The translations under genes and the position numbers were made by a program. A stretch of DNA of 41,798 bases, from positions 47,661,882 through 47,703,679 of the forward strand of contig NC_068982.1 in the NCBI RefSeq assembly GCF_001194135.2, given 5' to 3'. The notes below the pieces were generated by a model, which did no database searches, had not been told where the DNA came from, and saw only the letters and a list, made by a program, of their open reading frames with translations. The DNA comes from Octopus bimaculoides. Its lineage: Eukaryota. Numbering within the stretch: the first letter of the stretch is position 1; each line of letters starts with the position of its first letter. Positions 1 to 12,559 of this stretch are shown here, in pieces.

Positions 1-195
1 TTTCGTGTGGGTGACACGTAAAAGCACCCACTACACTCTCTGAGTGGTTGGCGTTAGGAAGGGCATCCAGCTGTAGAAACTCTGCCAAATTAGACTGGAG
101 CCTGGTGTTGCCATCCGGTTTCACCAGTCCTCAGTCAAATCGTCTAACCCATGCTAGCATGGAAAGCGGACGTTAAACGATGATGATGATGTTGA
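1..195 (+). mobile_element. 3' tail of RTE-clade LINE, ending in (GAT)n
   Basis: Near-identical to 26365-26545, which lies downstream of the RTE RT ORF (2 differences seen over ~180 nt); ends CCCATGCTAGCATGGAAAGCGGACGTTAAACGATGATG. Confidence 0.85.
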
Positions 196-198
196 TGA

Positions 199-606
199 AT
201 GAGAGTTCATTTGCCTCTGGTATGGCATCAGTGTTTGGAACAACTTATGCCTTTGAGCAAACATTTTCAAAAATGAAGAATGTGAAGTCAGCACATTGAA
301 CGAGGTTGACTGATGAACATTTAGAAGCAATTTTCTTGGTTGGATGCAGCAAACACCAGTTTCACAAATCTCACTAATCTGTTTTGGTGCTTAGTTTGTG
401 AGATTCGGATATGTGCACACTGGGTGTGATATAACTATCTTATTGCTAACGTTGCCTTCTTTGATAACTTTTTGGCAAATAAATAAGTTGGTTGTCTTTA
501 TTTTTTGTTTATTCACTGTATTGTATTGAACAAAATGGTTATGTGGCCCACGCTTGTCATTCTCTCAGTTATCTGGTCCACTGTGTAAAAAGTTTGATGA
601 CCCCTG
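199..606 (+). mobile_element. hAT (Charlie/SPIN-like) transposon 3' end with decayed transposase C-terminus
   Basis: Translates GMASVFGTTYAFEQTFSKMKNVKSAH*TRLTDEHLEAIFLVGC (hAT dimerisation motif FGSTYxCEQxFSxMK...RLTDEHL); terminus AAAAGTTTGATGACCCCTG followed by CTCTATGA, similar to the Charlie target. Confidence 0.85.
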
Positions 607-1659
607 CTCTATGAAATGTAATGCTTATTTATTCACATTGTTTTTAATTAATCCTGCATTTTTTCGTCACTTCCAGATTTTGATGATGTGATTATCTATT
701 TTCAGGATGACAGTGTAGGGTATGTGACCCAAATACTTCACTTATTTTATTACTGAACCAAGAGAGAAAAACCAAGAGCAATGTATATGGAGTAACTTTT
801 ATATTAATTAGTGGAACATACAGTTTTATGTAATTCAGACCACCTTATTTTATTTAACTTTGAAAAGATGAAAAAGCAAAGTTGACCTCAGTAGGATCTG
901 AACTTAGGGCATAAGGTGCCACAAGAAGTATTTTGCAAGGTATTTTACCTGAAGCTCTAATGATTTGGTCAAATCACAGCCCAACAAAGAAAGAAAGCAT
1001 CTCTGTTATTAAGCATTTCATCTTTTCATTTAGCTTTAACCAAATCTGTATTTCTAAATGAAATTACTGAGATATTTTATAAACAATATTTTACTGTCTA
1101 CTGGAAGTCTTACAAGGAATGATCAGAAGAAAAAGATATGTTTCAAAGGAAATAGCTTAGAATTTAAACACTTCAGTTGGATGAATTTCCATGTAGAGTT
1201 TCTAAGAAATAATGACCATCGGTCTTTACTTATATATCACTTATGGATATCCAAATATAATATACCGTGGTGTACAATTTACAAATAAGTGTGTTTGAAT
1301 AAACGAAAGAATGAACGAATGAAGAAACGAACAAATGAAGGAATGAATAAATGGATATTTTGATCATTATGGCTGAGGTTCGGAGTAAGGGGCATCAGAC
1401 AAAACCACCAATCTTCATGCATATATCAATAACTAATTTATTAGAGGACCAAGATATGTGGTGCATTGGACTGAGATATGTGGCAGTTTGCTGTACTTGA
1501 GAAGACTTATCCACCACAACAGAATTAAAACCCTAAAACCAAGGTGCAATGTAAAAAGCAATGGTGTGGGTGCTGGTGCCACATAAAAACCCTGGTGCTG
1601 GTGTCACTCAAAAAGCACTGGTGATGGTGCTATGCAAAATAGCACTCAGTACACTCTTT

Positions 1660-1912
1660 AGAGCCCATCATATATATGTATATGTATATATATGTATGTG
1701 TGTTTGTGTGTCTGTGTTTGTCCTCCCCAACATCGCTTGACAACCGATGCTGGTGTGTTTACGTCCCCGTAACTTAGCAGTTCAGCAAAAGCGACCGATA
1801 GAATAAGTATTAGGCTTACAAAGAATAAGTCCTGGGTCGATTTCATCAACTAAAGGTGGTGCTCCAGCATGGCTGCAGTCAAATGACTGAAACAAGTAAA
1901 AGAGTAAATAAA
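1660..1912 (+). mobile_element. SINE family B (internal-microsatellite tRNA SINE), 3' half
   Basis: GTCCTCCCCAACATCGCTTGACAACCGATGCTGG...GACTGAAACAAGTAAAAGAG, repeated more than 12 times in the window. Confidence 0.85.
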
Positions 1913-2524
1913 ATCGCAGTCAAATATTTGGGATCAGTACTTCTCCTCTCTCTGTCTCTCTCTCTCACAAAAAACAGATCTATGAATAAAAGCATTCCAG
2001 TTGTGGTCATTATACCTTTATATTTTTCAGACATAGTGAATCTAGGGTTACATTATCTAATATCTTCATTTTTAAGAGGCATTAAATGCAGTAATTCAAG
2101 TTTGTTATGTGTTTGAAAGTCAACAGAGAAACTCACATATTTGAACTGCTTGTATCCTGGACTTATTTACTTTGAAATATTTGGAGAATTGACTATTAAC
2201 AACTTCATTGGCTCAACTATTTTCAGCTTAATTTGATAATAAGCAAGTTTGGTTGGACATTATTTGGACAGGAATATCATTAGGTAAATAGTCAGGTAAA
2301 TATTTCATTGCATTGTCGAAGATATTATATTACGAAATTATGTTATACAATAACAGTTTTTCAAAATAAATTATGTACAGTTTAGTAACTCATTAATAAA
2401 GAAGTAAAAATATCTTTAACACAATAGGCAGACCGACATTACACACAGAAATTGGGCTATTAAATTAGACAAGCAATAGAAAAAGTAATGTTCTTTGCAT
2501 AAGCTTTCTATTATATATTATGTG

Positions 2525-2962
2525 GTGAATTGGTAGACTTGTTAGAACACAAGAAATACCTTGTAATATTTGTTCTGGTTTATAAGGCAGTGAGCTGGCA
2601 TTGTTAGCATGCTAGGCAAAATGCTTAGTGGTATTTCATCTGTCTTTATGTTCTGTGTTCAAATTCCACCAAAGTTGACTTTGCCTTTCATCCTTTCAGG
2701 GTTGATAAAATAAAAAACCAGATCAGCACTGGGGCCAATGTAATCAACTTACCTCTGCTTCCAAAATTGCAGGCATTGTGCTAAAATTTGAAACCAGTAA
2801 TAGTGGTGGCTGTTAAGGTGATGAACTGGCAGAATTGTTTGCATGCCAGGCAGAATGCTTAGTGGCATTTCATCCATCTTTATGTCCTGAGTTCAAATTC
2901 CACCAAGGTTGACTTTGCATTTCATCCTTTCAGGGTTGATGAAATAAGTACCAGTTGAGCAC
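2525..2962 (+). mobile_element. Tandem cluster of SINE family A copies
   Basis: Repeated GTGAGCTGGCA...GTTCAAATTCCACC...GACTTTGCCTTTCATCCTTTC...AAGTACCAG motifs with a tRNA-like B box. Confidence 0.8.
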
Positions 2963-3865
2963 TACAAAAAACAATGATACTTACTCTGTTTCCTCTCTTT
3001 TTCCCTCTCTACCTTTTCTACTGCTACTGAAATAGCTTCTGCTCCTTGAAGCTGTCTGGGTTCATGCCATCTCCACCCAAGCATTGCTGATCCACTCAGT
3101 TCTTTTCTTCTCATCATGCTTAGTGGTATTCAACTCTCCTCATGGCTCTGCACTAAACACCATGCTCAGTCAATCCTTTGTTTCCCTGAATGTTGGTCTT
3201 CTGGAATTACTTACCTTGCTCACATTTTTCCTACATTCATTGCATAACAAACGTTCAAGAGGCACACATTAATGACATCACTCTCACTGGTCTAGGAGGG
3301 CCTGTAAAGACAATGATCTCCATGCTTTCCTCTAGGCCCAGCATATAGAAACACACTCACACATGAAAAAAAGAAAATCATAAATGCATATGTATTAAAA
3401 ACACTGTGATAGTTGTAATACCTGAGTCTATAGTTATAGTTAGCTGTTCAGCAACTTAACCTTATTACCATTAAGTATCCTGTTATAAACCAACATAATT
3501 TGTTATTGTCAATGGTAGCAGTGGTGGCAGTGGTACTATGGTGGTGGTAGCAGTGGTACTATGGTGGTGGTGGCAGTGTGTCATCATGTTCTTTGTCACT
3601 GTTGTCATCTTTGCCATATATGTGTGTGTGTGTGTGTGTGTGTGTTAATATTTGTTTTTCAAATTTGTCTGCACTTCACTTACAAATTTTTGCCTTAAGT
3701 ATTTTGAAGAAAAATATTTTGCAAGCCAGTCTGAAAAGTTGATATGTGAACGGTTTCAATATATTTTAAATTTCTCTAGTGGCTATAAGATAATACATTA
3801 TTAAACATTCCCTGGAAGAAGTTTGATAATTCAATATCTATGAAGTCTTAAATAAACAATATTTA

Positions 3866-3963
<98 letters not shown>

Positions 3964-4056
3964 TATGGAGAGAGAAGCCGTTATATTGAATAGAAGATTC
4001 TTGATTTATTGACTCTTGGACATAGATTTATTTCTATGTTTAATATATTTTTGTGT

Positions 4057-4272
4057 GAAGGTGCATGGCTTAGTGGTTAGGGTGTTGGACTCATGATGGT
4101 AAGACTGTGGTTTTGATTCCTGGACTGGGCCACACGTGTTCCTGAGCACAACATTTCAGTTGGCCAAAATGAGTAATTCTGTGATGGACCAATGTCCCAT
4201 CCTGGTGGAGAATATATATATAGCATGGAAACAGGGAAACTGGCCCTATATGACTTGAGAAGGATCTTCATC
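4057..4272 (+). mobile_element. tRNA-derived SINE, MetaSINE-like central domain
   Basis: A box TGGCTTAGTGGTTAG, B-box-like GTTTTGATTCC, then TGTGATGGACCAATGTCCCATCC...CATGGAAACAGGGAAACTGGCC, which resembles the Meta domain as I remember it. Confidence 0.55.
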
Positions 4273-4389
4273 CTTTTTTTGTGATATATTATTGTCATGG
4301 CTTAATGTAAAAAGTAACAATCATTATTATAATGAATCATATTCTAAAACCAAACCAAAACTATTTCATTATGTCCTTGGGTATGGTAC

Positions 4390-4600
4390 CCTTAGCAGTA
4401 TCATTAGAACATTAGATAAAATGTCTTGCTGCTTTTGTTCCAGCTCTATACATTCTATGTTCAAATCCCACTCATTTCAAAATTGTCTTTCATCCCCCTG
4501 TTGTTGATAAAATAAAGTACCAGTCAAATTCTAGGGTTAATATAATTATCTAATCCTCTCTCTATAAATTTCTATCCTTGAGCTTATGTTAAAAGCAATT
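4390..4600 (+). mobile_element. SINE family A, degenerate
   Basis: TTAGCAG...GTTCAAATCCCAC...TTTCATCCCC...AAAGTACCAG. Confidence 0.65.
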
Positions 4601-5130
4601 ATTATTTTCTTTGCTTTAATTTTAGTAATCTGAAAGAAAAAATACAACAAAAACAAACAAAGGAAAAAAACATTATCATTCCTTTTTTTCATAACATTGT
4701 CCTGGTCCTTAGCAACAAAGCAGTTGCTGAATTTTCATACACTAATTTCTGAATTTGCTTACTCAGCTAACCCATATTAGCATAAAAAAATTAAACATGA
4801 GAAAGCAATAAATAAGAGATACTGTTAATTTAGGCAACAACTGTACACAAAAATTTTAAAACCTTTCAAGTGGAAATTAAAAAAAATAAAAGAGAGAAAA
4901 AAAAAAAAAACTGGAATGAATCAGTAAGAGATCCTCTGCGTGGTTGTTTGATATGCTAGAATCAGCAGTTGTATTCCTATCAAATCACACCCTAATTCTT
5001 TAAAAAGAGAAACACAACAAGAATGTATAGATTAGATAATGTAGTCTGGATTACACTACGCACTAAAAAAATACTGAAGGGTAATGTCTAGAACAACTTT
5101 AACCTGCTTGCTCAAATTTGATTTTAGCTA

Positions 5131-5232
5131 AACAACAACAGCAGCAGCAACAGCAGCAACAGCAGCGGCAGCAGCGGCAGCAGCGGCAGCAGCAGCAGCA
5201 GCAGTAGCAATAACAACAACAACAACAACAAC
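5131..5232 (+). repeat. (CAA/CAG/CGG) compound trinucleotide microsatellite
   Basis: Read directly; the poly-Q frame has in-frame TAG and TAA. Confidence 0.9.
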
Positions 5233-5784
5233 ATTCAAACTTTTGAATTAGAAATATAATATTCATGGACTCATTGTGTGAAGAAGTTATTTTGATCAAC
5301 GATTTGCTCATGCATCTCTTTGATTATGAGTTATAACCGTAACCTTAACTGTAATAAATGATGATGTAAAATGCACTGCTAACACAGTAGAACATGGTAT
5401 TGACTTATAAAAATGCTCAATATACTTTATACTATATTTTGGTTGCATAACGAAATACCATGTCCCTACCAGTCATTAATATTTACATACCAGCTTTCTG
5501 GAATGTGTTTAATGTATAAAATTGGTATAGCCAATGTTACACAAAAATGTGTTTGTGGATGGTTTAGGGGGGTTAGATGGGAGCAAAAACTCCTGAAATA
5601 TGGCATATATGCCCATTACCCTTTTTTTTATTTTCATTGTTTGTTTATATCTGATGTTGCAGATATGAAGCATCATAACAAAATTAGTGCTGTCTATAAT
5701 TTCTATAGAGTATCTGTACAGATAACCTCAACAAGTGATTATGGGCTATGATGGGGAAATGAAATCCATCAAGCATATTGTATT

Positions 5785-5972
5785 GTAACAGGCCTGGCTG
5801 TGTGGTTAAGAAGCTCATTTTGCAACCATGTGTTTTGGGGTTAAATCCCACTGCACAGCACTTAGGGGCAAGTGTCTTCTACTATAATGCTGGATTAACC
5901 AATTCTTTCTGAGTGAATTTGGTATATAGAAACTGCGTGGAAGCGTGACATCTATCTGTCTATCTGTCTGCC

Positions 5973-6003
<31 letters not shown>

Positions 6004-6061
6004 GTGTCTCTATATATAATCATATCTATATCTATCCATCTATCTATATGTATATATGTGT

Positions 6062-6120
<59 letters not shown>

Positions 6121-6330
6121 TTTTTGTCTCTCATCACTGCTTGACTACCACTGTTGGTTTGCTTATGTGCCTGTAACTTAACATTTTGGCAACAGAAATT
6201 GATACAATAAGTACTAGACTGATGAAAAAATATACGTACTGAGGTAGATTCATTCAGCTAATCCTGTCAAGGTGGGCCTCCAGCATGGCTACACTTGAAT
6301 GACTGAAACAAGTAAGAGATAAAAGATAAA
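5785..6330 (+). mobile_element. SINE family B, full length, with (TCTA)(TCTG)(TA)(TG) internal tract
   Basis: Head GGCTGTGTGGTTAAG...GGGCAAGTGTCTTCTACTATA, internal tract 5950-6120, tail GACTGAAACAAGTAAG. Confidence 0.8.
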
Positions 6331-6715
6331 AGGTAAAGAGCTTAATTTTTATTTACTGAACAGTTCCATTTCTGTTCTGTGACCAAAGTTTTATCTCAGG
6401 CATATATTGAGTTCTTCTGTCAAAATCACTATGTGGAACAAGAAAACTGACTGAGCCTTTATACTGTTGCTCAGTCTGCTACAGATTAAAGCATTATTCC
6501 TTTGCCAAATCACACCCTCTTGACTTTGAAAATTGGCTTAATACAATTCTAAATACTCCCAAATATAAGAGGATGACTATGGATTGAACATCTCTGATTA
6601 TAGCTCTGCTTAATGAAGGTTGGTCTGGGCTTAAACAACAGCAACAACAACAACAACAACGATGACAACACTAACCCTAACAACTAGTAGGGTGACAGAA
6701 TAATGTAAAACTTAA

Positions 6716-6935
6716 CCCTTTAGCATTTAAACTGATCATACCCAGCCCTAATATTCTACTTGCTTTATCTTCAAACTGGTTAGAGACAGCATCTCACATG
6801 TACTCTACAATGTCATTCTAGAAATATGCAATCACACCATTGAAATCTCAAAGCTGCAAGATAATGCATGATTAATTTAAAATAATGTGAATAAATAAGC
6901 ATTACATTTGACAAAGTAATCTAAATGCTAAAGGG
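6716..6935. mobile_element. Complete piggyBac-type MITE (220 bp)
   Basis: TTAA|CCCTTTAGCATT ... AATGCTAAAGGG|TTAA: perfect TIRs and TTAA TSD. Confidence 0.9.
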
Positions 6936-6987
6936 TTAAGTGGTAGCTTCTTGCAAAAAAACATATCTGAAAATTTTGGCTGTTTAA

Positions 6988-7217
6988 CCTTTTTTATGTT
7001 CATATTTCTAACAAAATATGCCATCCATGTATTGCAATTAATTTTTAAAACAATCAAAAATTTGGTGAAATGAGTAAAATGACTAATTTCTCCATTATTA
7101 AGTTGGTGGTTGGAACATCATTTAATAAAAGGTTCTTCATGTAGAATTACGATGAAAGGTTTTAATTCAAAATGAAAAGAACCGAAGGTAGTCTCAAGTG
7201 AGTTGGCTTCAAAAGAG
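6988..7217. mobile_element. Second TTAA-flanked piggyBac-type MITE, degenerate
   Basis: TTAA|CCTTTTT ... CAAAAGAG|TTAA with imperfect TIRs. Confidence 0.55.
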
Positions 7218-8261
7218 TTAATGGTCTCTGTTAATTATGTATGACTAACTAATATGAAGTATTTGCAGACTGAGAGAATCAATGCATTGTATTAAAATTG
7301 ATGTAGCTTTCTGATTGAAATCATGCTCAGATGAAAGATCAGACAGAAACAGGTATCAGACGAACAGTTAACATAGTGCAGATCAGACAGAAATGAAGGA
7401 AATGATTATTACACAACACTTATTCATTTCCTATTTTGTTTTTAAATACCTGTATCATAACATTGTAACAATATAATTATGACCGTTTGGATCAGTGTTG
7501 CAAGGCAAGAGGACATTTTGAATGCCTTCAATGACTGACACTGAAATAGGACTTAAAACCCTTGTTTACTTTTTTCAGTTTTGTTTTTGTTTTAAAGTAA
7601 TAAGTACCTTATCTACTTTTTTTGACATCTCTGATGGAAGAATAAAAAAAAAAAGGAAAAGAAAAACAACAACGAAAAATGAATAAACATATGTTATGAT
7701 TATTGATCTGTAGCATAGCTTTTCAAAATTTGTATTGATCTGTGGATGCACTAGATTTCTCCCTCGTAACATTATTGATTGATCAAGTAATACCAATATA
7801 GATTCGTACTTTCATGAACTTTGTTCATTCATTATTTTGTAGACATCTATAATGGCTGATCTTATATTTATGAATTCATTCAAAAAGAAAAAAAAAAGGA
7901 AAAGAAAGAAAAACAAATAGAAAAAGCAAGAAGTCAATGCTTTAAAAAATAATGTCTTTGTTTATAAAATATAACCTACCTATAACCTTTCAGGAAATGG
8001 TATTTCACTAACTAATTATGTTGTTTATGCTTAGTAACAAATATACCTTCTACAACAGGAAATATTCAAACTTGTCACAACCATTTACATTGTTATGAAA
8101 ATAGTTTCTATGGGCTCTGTAACCTATAATGTATAAAAGTATACAAGTAACTTGAGAATATAGAAGGCGAGATTTTTTCATAAATAAATATATTCACAGA
8201 TATTCAAAAGAAAAATTTCTGCTATATGAATGATAAAGTGGTAAATGATAAATGATAAGTT

Positions 8262-8600
8262 ATTATTATCATCATCAGCTTAGCATCTACTTTCTCATGC
8301 TTGGATGAGTCAGATGGAAGATAAGTTGGTGCAGAGTTTTCTACAGCCAGATGCCCTTTCTGAAGCCGACTCTCACTGGTTTCACAATTAGGTAACAGTC
8401 TTCCAGTCTATTGAACAACACAGTCTGAATATGGTTGCGCAGTGAACTGGAAACAAATAGCACCAGTTGAATGAGCCTTTTGTTTGCTGAGTTCACACAA
8501 CATGTCAAGGAACCCAGACATGTTTTTGTGGTGGATTGCAAGCAAATGACACTGGTTACAAGGCCATTGTGTTCAACCAGAAAACACTTGTGAAGCTGAG
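8262..8600 (-). mobile_element. Non-coding SINE-like body carrying an RTE-type 3' tail
   Basis: Minus strand ends GAAAGGGCATCTGGCTGTAGAAAACTCTGC...CAAGCATGAGAAAAGTAGATGCTAAGCTGATGATGAT. Confidence 0.6.
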
Positions 8601-8769
8601 TTGTAATAGGAACTCACACAAATACACACACATGTATGTACGTATGTATGTATGTATGTATGTATGTATGTGTGTATGTATGTATGTATGTATGAATGTA
8701 TGTGTGTGTGTGTATGTATGTATGTATGTTTGTATGTTTCTATGTATGTATGTATGTATGTATGTATGT

Positions 8770-9047
8770 GTATATGAATATCATTATTCAGTTTATTTCA
8801 AGATTTCTTGCTAATAAAGAAAGAACTGGATTCTAACCTAGGTCCAAGGTTCCTTCATTGGAATTTCAACATCAACAACAGGGTATTTTTTTATTTCTTT
8901 ATTGCCCACAAGGGGCTACACACAGAGGGGGATAAACAAGGACAGACAAATGGATTAAGTCGATTATATCGACCCCAGTGCATAATTGGTACTTATTTAA
9001 TCGACCCCGAAAGGATGAAAGGCAAAGTTGACCTCGGCAGAATTTCT
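8770..9047 (-). mobile_element. SINE family A, long-tail variant
   Basis: Reverse complement of the 21840-21987 tail (GACTTAATCC(A)TTTGTCTGTC...GTGTGTAGCCCCTTGT). Confidence 0.75.
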
Positions 9048-9296
9048 GTTTGTTTGTATGTATGTATGTATGTATGTTACACACACACACACACAACAGA
9101 GCTGATAATGAAGGATTATCAATCCGGGCAAAATACTTCATAAGCTCTCTGTTGGCACATTAGACTAACAGTATTATTTAGGTTAGTGAAGGACCCCAAG
9201 TATTGTTATAGTAGGGTCTGAGGTTCTGGTTTATCACAATTCTATCTTGTAAATCCATGGTTGGGCTCCAGTCAAACTGGTTTTTACACAGTTTGA

Positions 9297-9642
9297 TATA
9301 TAAGATGAGATATAAATAATGGTCATTACCTATTTTCCTTTTATTAGAGCAAATTTGGCTTACAGCTGTTTCCCGTAATCATTATAGGTGCGTTACTGAT
9401 AGGTTTACTAAGCTGAATCAGTTGAGAAAAGTTAAACAACCAAGTTATAAGCAGAAATGGCTCTGACGAAAGTAACATAAATTTTTTTAAAGTCATTCAA
9501 TTTTCCTCAACTGATCAATAGACCAATTGAGTAAACCTATCTGTAACGAACCTAAAATGACAACTGGAAACAGCTGTAAGCAAGTTTTACTCTAATGAAG
9601 GAAAAATATGTAATGATCGTTATTTATACCTTGTCTTATATA
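9297..9642. mobile_element. MITE with ~110-bp imperfect terminal inverted repeats
   Basis: TATATAAGATGAGATATAAATAATGGTCATTAC...GCTTACAGCTGTTTCC...GATAGGTTTACT is mirrored by AGTAAACCTATC...GGAAACAGCTGTAAGC...GTAATGATCGTTATTTATACCTTGTCTTATATA; TA flanks. Confidence 0.8.
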
Positions 9643-9644
9643 AA

Positions 9645-9782
9645 GGCATTCGGCTGTAAAAATCCTGCCAAAACAGTCACAGAAGTCTGGTGCAGGCTTC
9701 TGCCTGGCCAGCTCCTGTCTAACCATTCCACCCATGCCAGCATGGAAGGTGGACATTAAACGATGCTGAACGATGATGATGA
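9645..9782 (+). mobile_element. RTE-type 3' tail, second subfamily
   Basis: GGCATTCGGCTGTAAAAATCCTGCC...CCCATGCCAGCATGGAAGGTGGACATTAAACGATG; also present on minus at ~39480-39600. Confidence 0.75.
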
Positions 9783-9881
9783 TATATATAGAAAGGACTG
9801 TAATGCAAGTTATTATGAATAATGTAATGTAACATATGCAACACAGAGTTAAAATAGTTCCACATATTTCAGTTTTTGTTT

Positions 9882-9938
<57 letters not shown>

Positions 9939-10224
9939 NNNNNNNNNNCACTCATACGCATGCACACATGCACACACACACATTCTTTGCCTCTCACTCA
10001 TGTGCGCACGCATGTACACTCACACACACACACACACACACACATACTCACACACACACACACACACACATTCTTTGTCTCTCACTCATATGCACACATT
10101 TTTTTTCTCTCTTACCTCTTTCTCTTTCTATCTCTTTCTGTTGATTGTTTTCAATCATCACATTCCCCAGTACCACTACAACTGCCATACACATGCCATT
10201 CAGACTTCTGATGCCACCACCATC

Positions 10225-10411
10225 AATATCTTTGACTTCTTATGCTCAAATCAACCAGATTCCAGCTTTCACACCTACCTCACAATATCATTCTAAAAAT
10301 GTACAATCGTATCATCAAAATCTTGAGGTTACAAGATAATACATGATTAATTCAAAACAGTGTGAACAAATAAACATTATATTTGACAGAGTAATCTGAA
10401 TGCTTAAAGGG
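10225..10411. mobile_element. Partial copy of the 6716-6935 piggyBac MITE (right part)
   Basis: CAAGATAATACATGATTAATT...ATTTGACAGAGTAATCTGAATGCTTAAAGGG|TTAA. Confidence 0.75.
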
Positions 10412-10552
10412 TTAAACAAAAATTCCTGTGCAACTTTTCAAAACAAATTAGCTTTGTATTTAAGAAAGAAAATCAATCAATATCTATAGCTGTCATTTGG
10501 TCATTGAACTCCTCTTCTGTTTGTTAATATAATATCATTATAAATTTAAATA

Positions 10553-10705
10553 AGGCGGTGAGCTGGCAGAATCATCAGCATGCTGAACAATGCTTGGTGG
10601 CATTTCATCTGTCTTTATGTTCTGAGTTCAAATTCCACTGTGGTCATCTTTGCCTTTCTTTATTTTGAGATTGATAAAATGAGTAACATGCACACTGCAG
10701 TCAAT
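10553..10705 (+). mobile_element. SINE family A
   Basis: GGCGGTGAGCTGGCAGAATC...CTGAGTTCAAATTCCAC...TTTGCCTTTC. Confidence 0.8.
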
Positions 10706-10706
10706 G

Positions 10707-10745
<39 letters not shown>

Positions 10746-10761
10746 ATATATATACTCTTTT

Positions 10762-11002
10762 ACTTGTTTCAGTCATTTGACTGTGGCCATGCTGAAGCAC
10801 TGCCTTTAGTCGAGCAAATCAACCCCAGGACTTATTCTTTGTAAGCCTAGTACTTATTCTATCGGTCTCTTTTGCCGAACCGCTAAGTTACGGGGGACGT
10901 AAACACACCAGCATCGGTTGTCAAGCGATGTTGGGGGANNNNNNNNNNCGGGGGACGTAAACACACCAGCATCGGTTGTCAAGCGATGTTGGGGGACAAA
11001 CA

Positions 11003-11046
<44 letters not shown>

Positions 11047-11204
11047 CATATATACGACGGGCTTCTTTCAGTTTCCATCTACCAAATCCATTCACAAGGC
11101 TTTGGTTGGCCCTAGGCTATAGTAGAAGACACTTGCCCAAGGTACCACGCAGTAGGACTGAACCCAGAACCATGTGGTTGGTAAGCAAGCTACTTACCAC
11201 ACAA
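10762..11204 (-). mobile_element. SINE family B, full length
   Basis: Reverse complement of the family B head, internal (TA)(TG) tract and tail; contains a 10-N gap with duplicated flanks. Confidence 0.85.
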
Positions 11205-11205
11205 C

Positions 11206-11540
11206 TTTTCAATGCAATTTTTCTAGCCATCCATAAGCTTGCTTATTCCATTGGAGAAGAAGGGTTTTGACTGGTTGTGCAGCCATTTATACACTGCTTC
11301 CTGCCCTTCTTTGTCTGTAACAAATTGACGACCTTATAAAGGATGTTTGAGTGGTCCAAAGAGGTGATATTCAGAAGGGGCAAGATCTGGACTGTGTGCA
11401 GCTTGTTCCAGCAACTCAAAACTCAATGTATCAATGGTGTGAGTAGCTGTATGTGCACATGCATTGTCGTGCAGCATTAACACATGACTTAACAATAGAC
11501 CTTAGCATTTGGTGTGAATTGCTGGTTACTGTTTGTTGGC
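11206..11540 (-). pseudogene. Mariner (DD34D) transposase C-terminal relic
   Basis: VLMLHDNACAHTATHTIDTLSFELLEQAAHSPDLAPSEYHLFGPLKHPL*GRQFVTDKEGQEAVYKWLHNQSKPFFSNGISKLMDG*KNCIE; contains the HDNA and (Y)SPDLAPSDY motifs. Confidence 0.9.
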
Positions 11541-11619
11541 CACCATTTTGCTGTAGCCTACACTGGCAGCTGTAGACCCCCCCCCCGCCATCCTTTTCCG
11601 GGTAATGTTGAAGTATAAG

Positions 11620-11696
11620 AGGTTAGATCCAGTCAGTTTTAACATAAAACAGGGTGTATATTTAGGCCGGATATGGCTGGATTAAATGCTAGAGGG
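11620..11696. mobile_element. Left half of the piggyBac MITE, inverted
   Basis: GGCCGGATATGGCTGGATTAAATGCTAGAGGG|TTAA. Confidence 0.7.
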
Positions 11697-12559
11697 TTAA
11701 ATAATCTTCAACATCGTTAAAAAGTGAAGGTCATGTTGGATAAGGCAGTTTTAGAAATGTAAATTATGTTTTGAAGAATAAAAAAAAATGGGTTGACCAT
11801 AGTTGGAACCGTTTTGAGTCATAGTTATTTTGGATCAGAAATGACCTGTGGTTGAACAAAAATAACATGAAAGTGGGCAAAATTTAGAATTCATAGAAAC
11901 ATTAGCAAAAAATAATCCATAGGAAAATTCAGAACTTTGATCAATTGTGTGGAAGTTCGGAATTTAACATTTTCAGCTATTGCCCTTTGTATGACGGTTG
12001 AAAAGATCGAAGAGTATTATTACTTTGGTTGCAAGCTTTGTGTATGGGTGGTAGTGTGAGGAGGTAATAGCACTTCTCTAATCACTTCTCTTAATACATG
12101 AAAGAATGAAGTGTGACTTGTTATAATCCATATCTATTCTTGTTAAAATTCTTATCTATTATACTTATCTAATAATAAACAAATCTTATCTAATTAACAC
12201 ACCAAAATATTCTAGTTCTCAGCTAAATATTTTTTTCATAGGTAGACTTGTTTGGTTTTTGTAAATTGACAAGTGTGACAACATCTAAATGTGTGAATCT
12301 AATTTAGTGCATAAACAATACATGTATTTATGTACTTATGTGCATGTTTGTTGATAAATATACTTGTAGATTTTTGTCATTGGTACATTTGATATTCTTT
12401 TATTGTTTAGTGTCAACCTCAGCTCATCTGCTTCAGCATTGAAAGTGTTCCAGATGTGACATTTGGTTGCTTTTTTTTTCTTCTTGATGTATTTAGTACT
12501 ACATAGTCCAAAGTCTCTTTCTTTTTCATTTTATCTAATGAAAATTTTATCTAATGAAA

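Noticed and set aside
2985-3301. Strong minus-strand splice sites (donors at 3214 and ~2985, acceptor at 3302)
   Set aside because: The implied exons have stops in all three frames and no recognisable product; a non-coding exon is not excluded.
5099-5311. Poly-Q / poly-C ORF
   Set aside because: Trinucleotide tract at the end of a (CAA)-tailed repeat; the Q frame has in-frame stops.
5491-5592. 102-nt minus-strand candidate exon
   Set aside because: Only one open frame, phase incompatible with the 7450-7540 candidate, and no recognisable peptide.
10889-10996. Direct repeat of ~50 bp
   Set aside because: Identical sequence on both sides of a 10-N gap, typical of an unmerged contig overlap.
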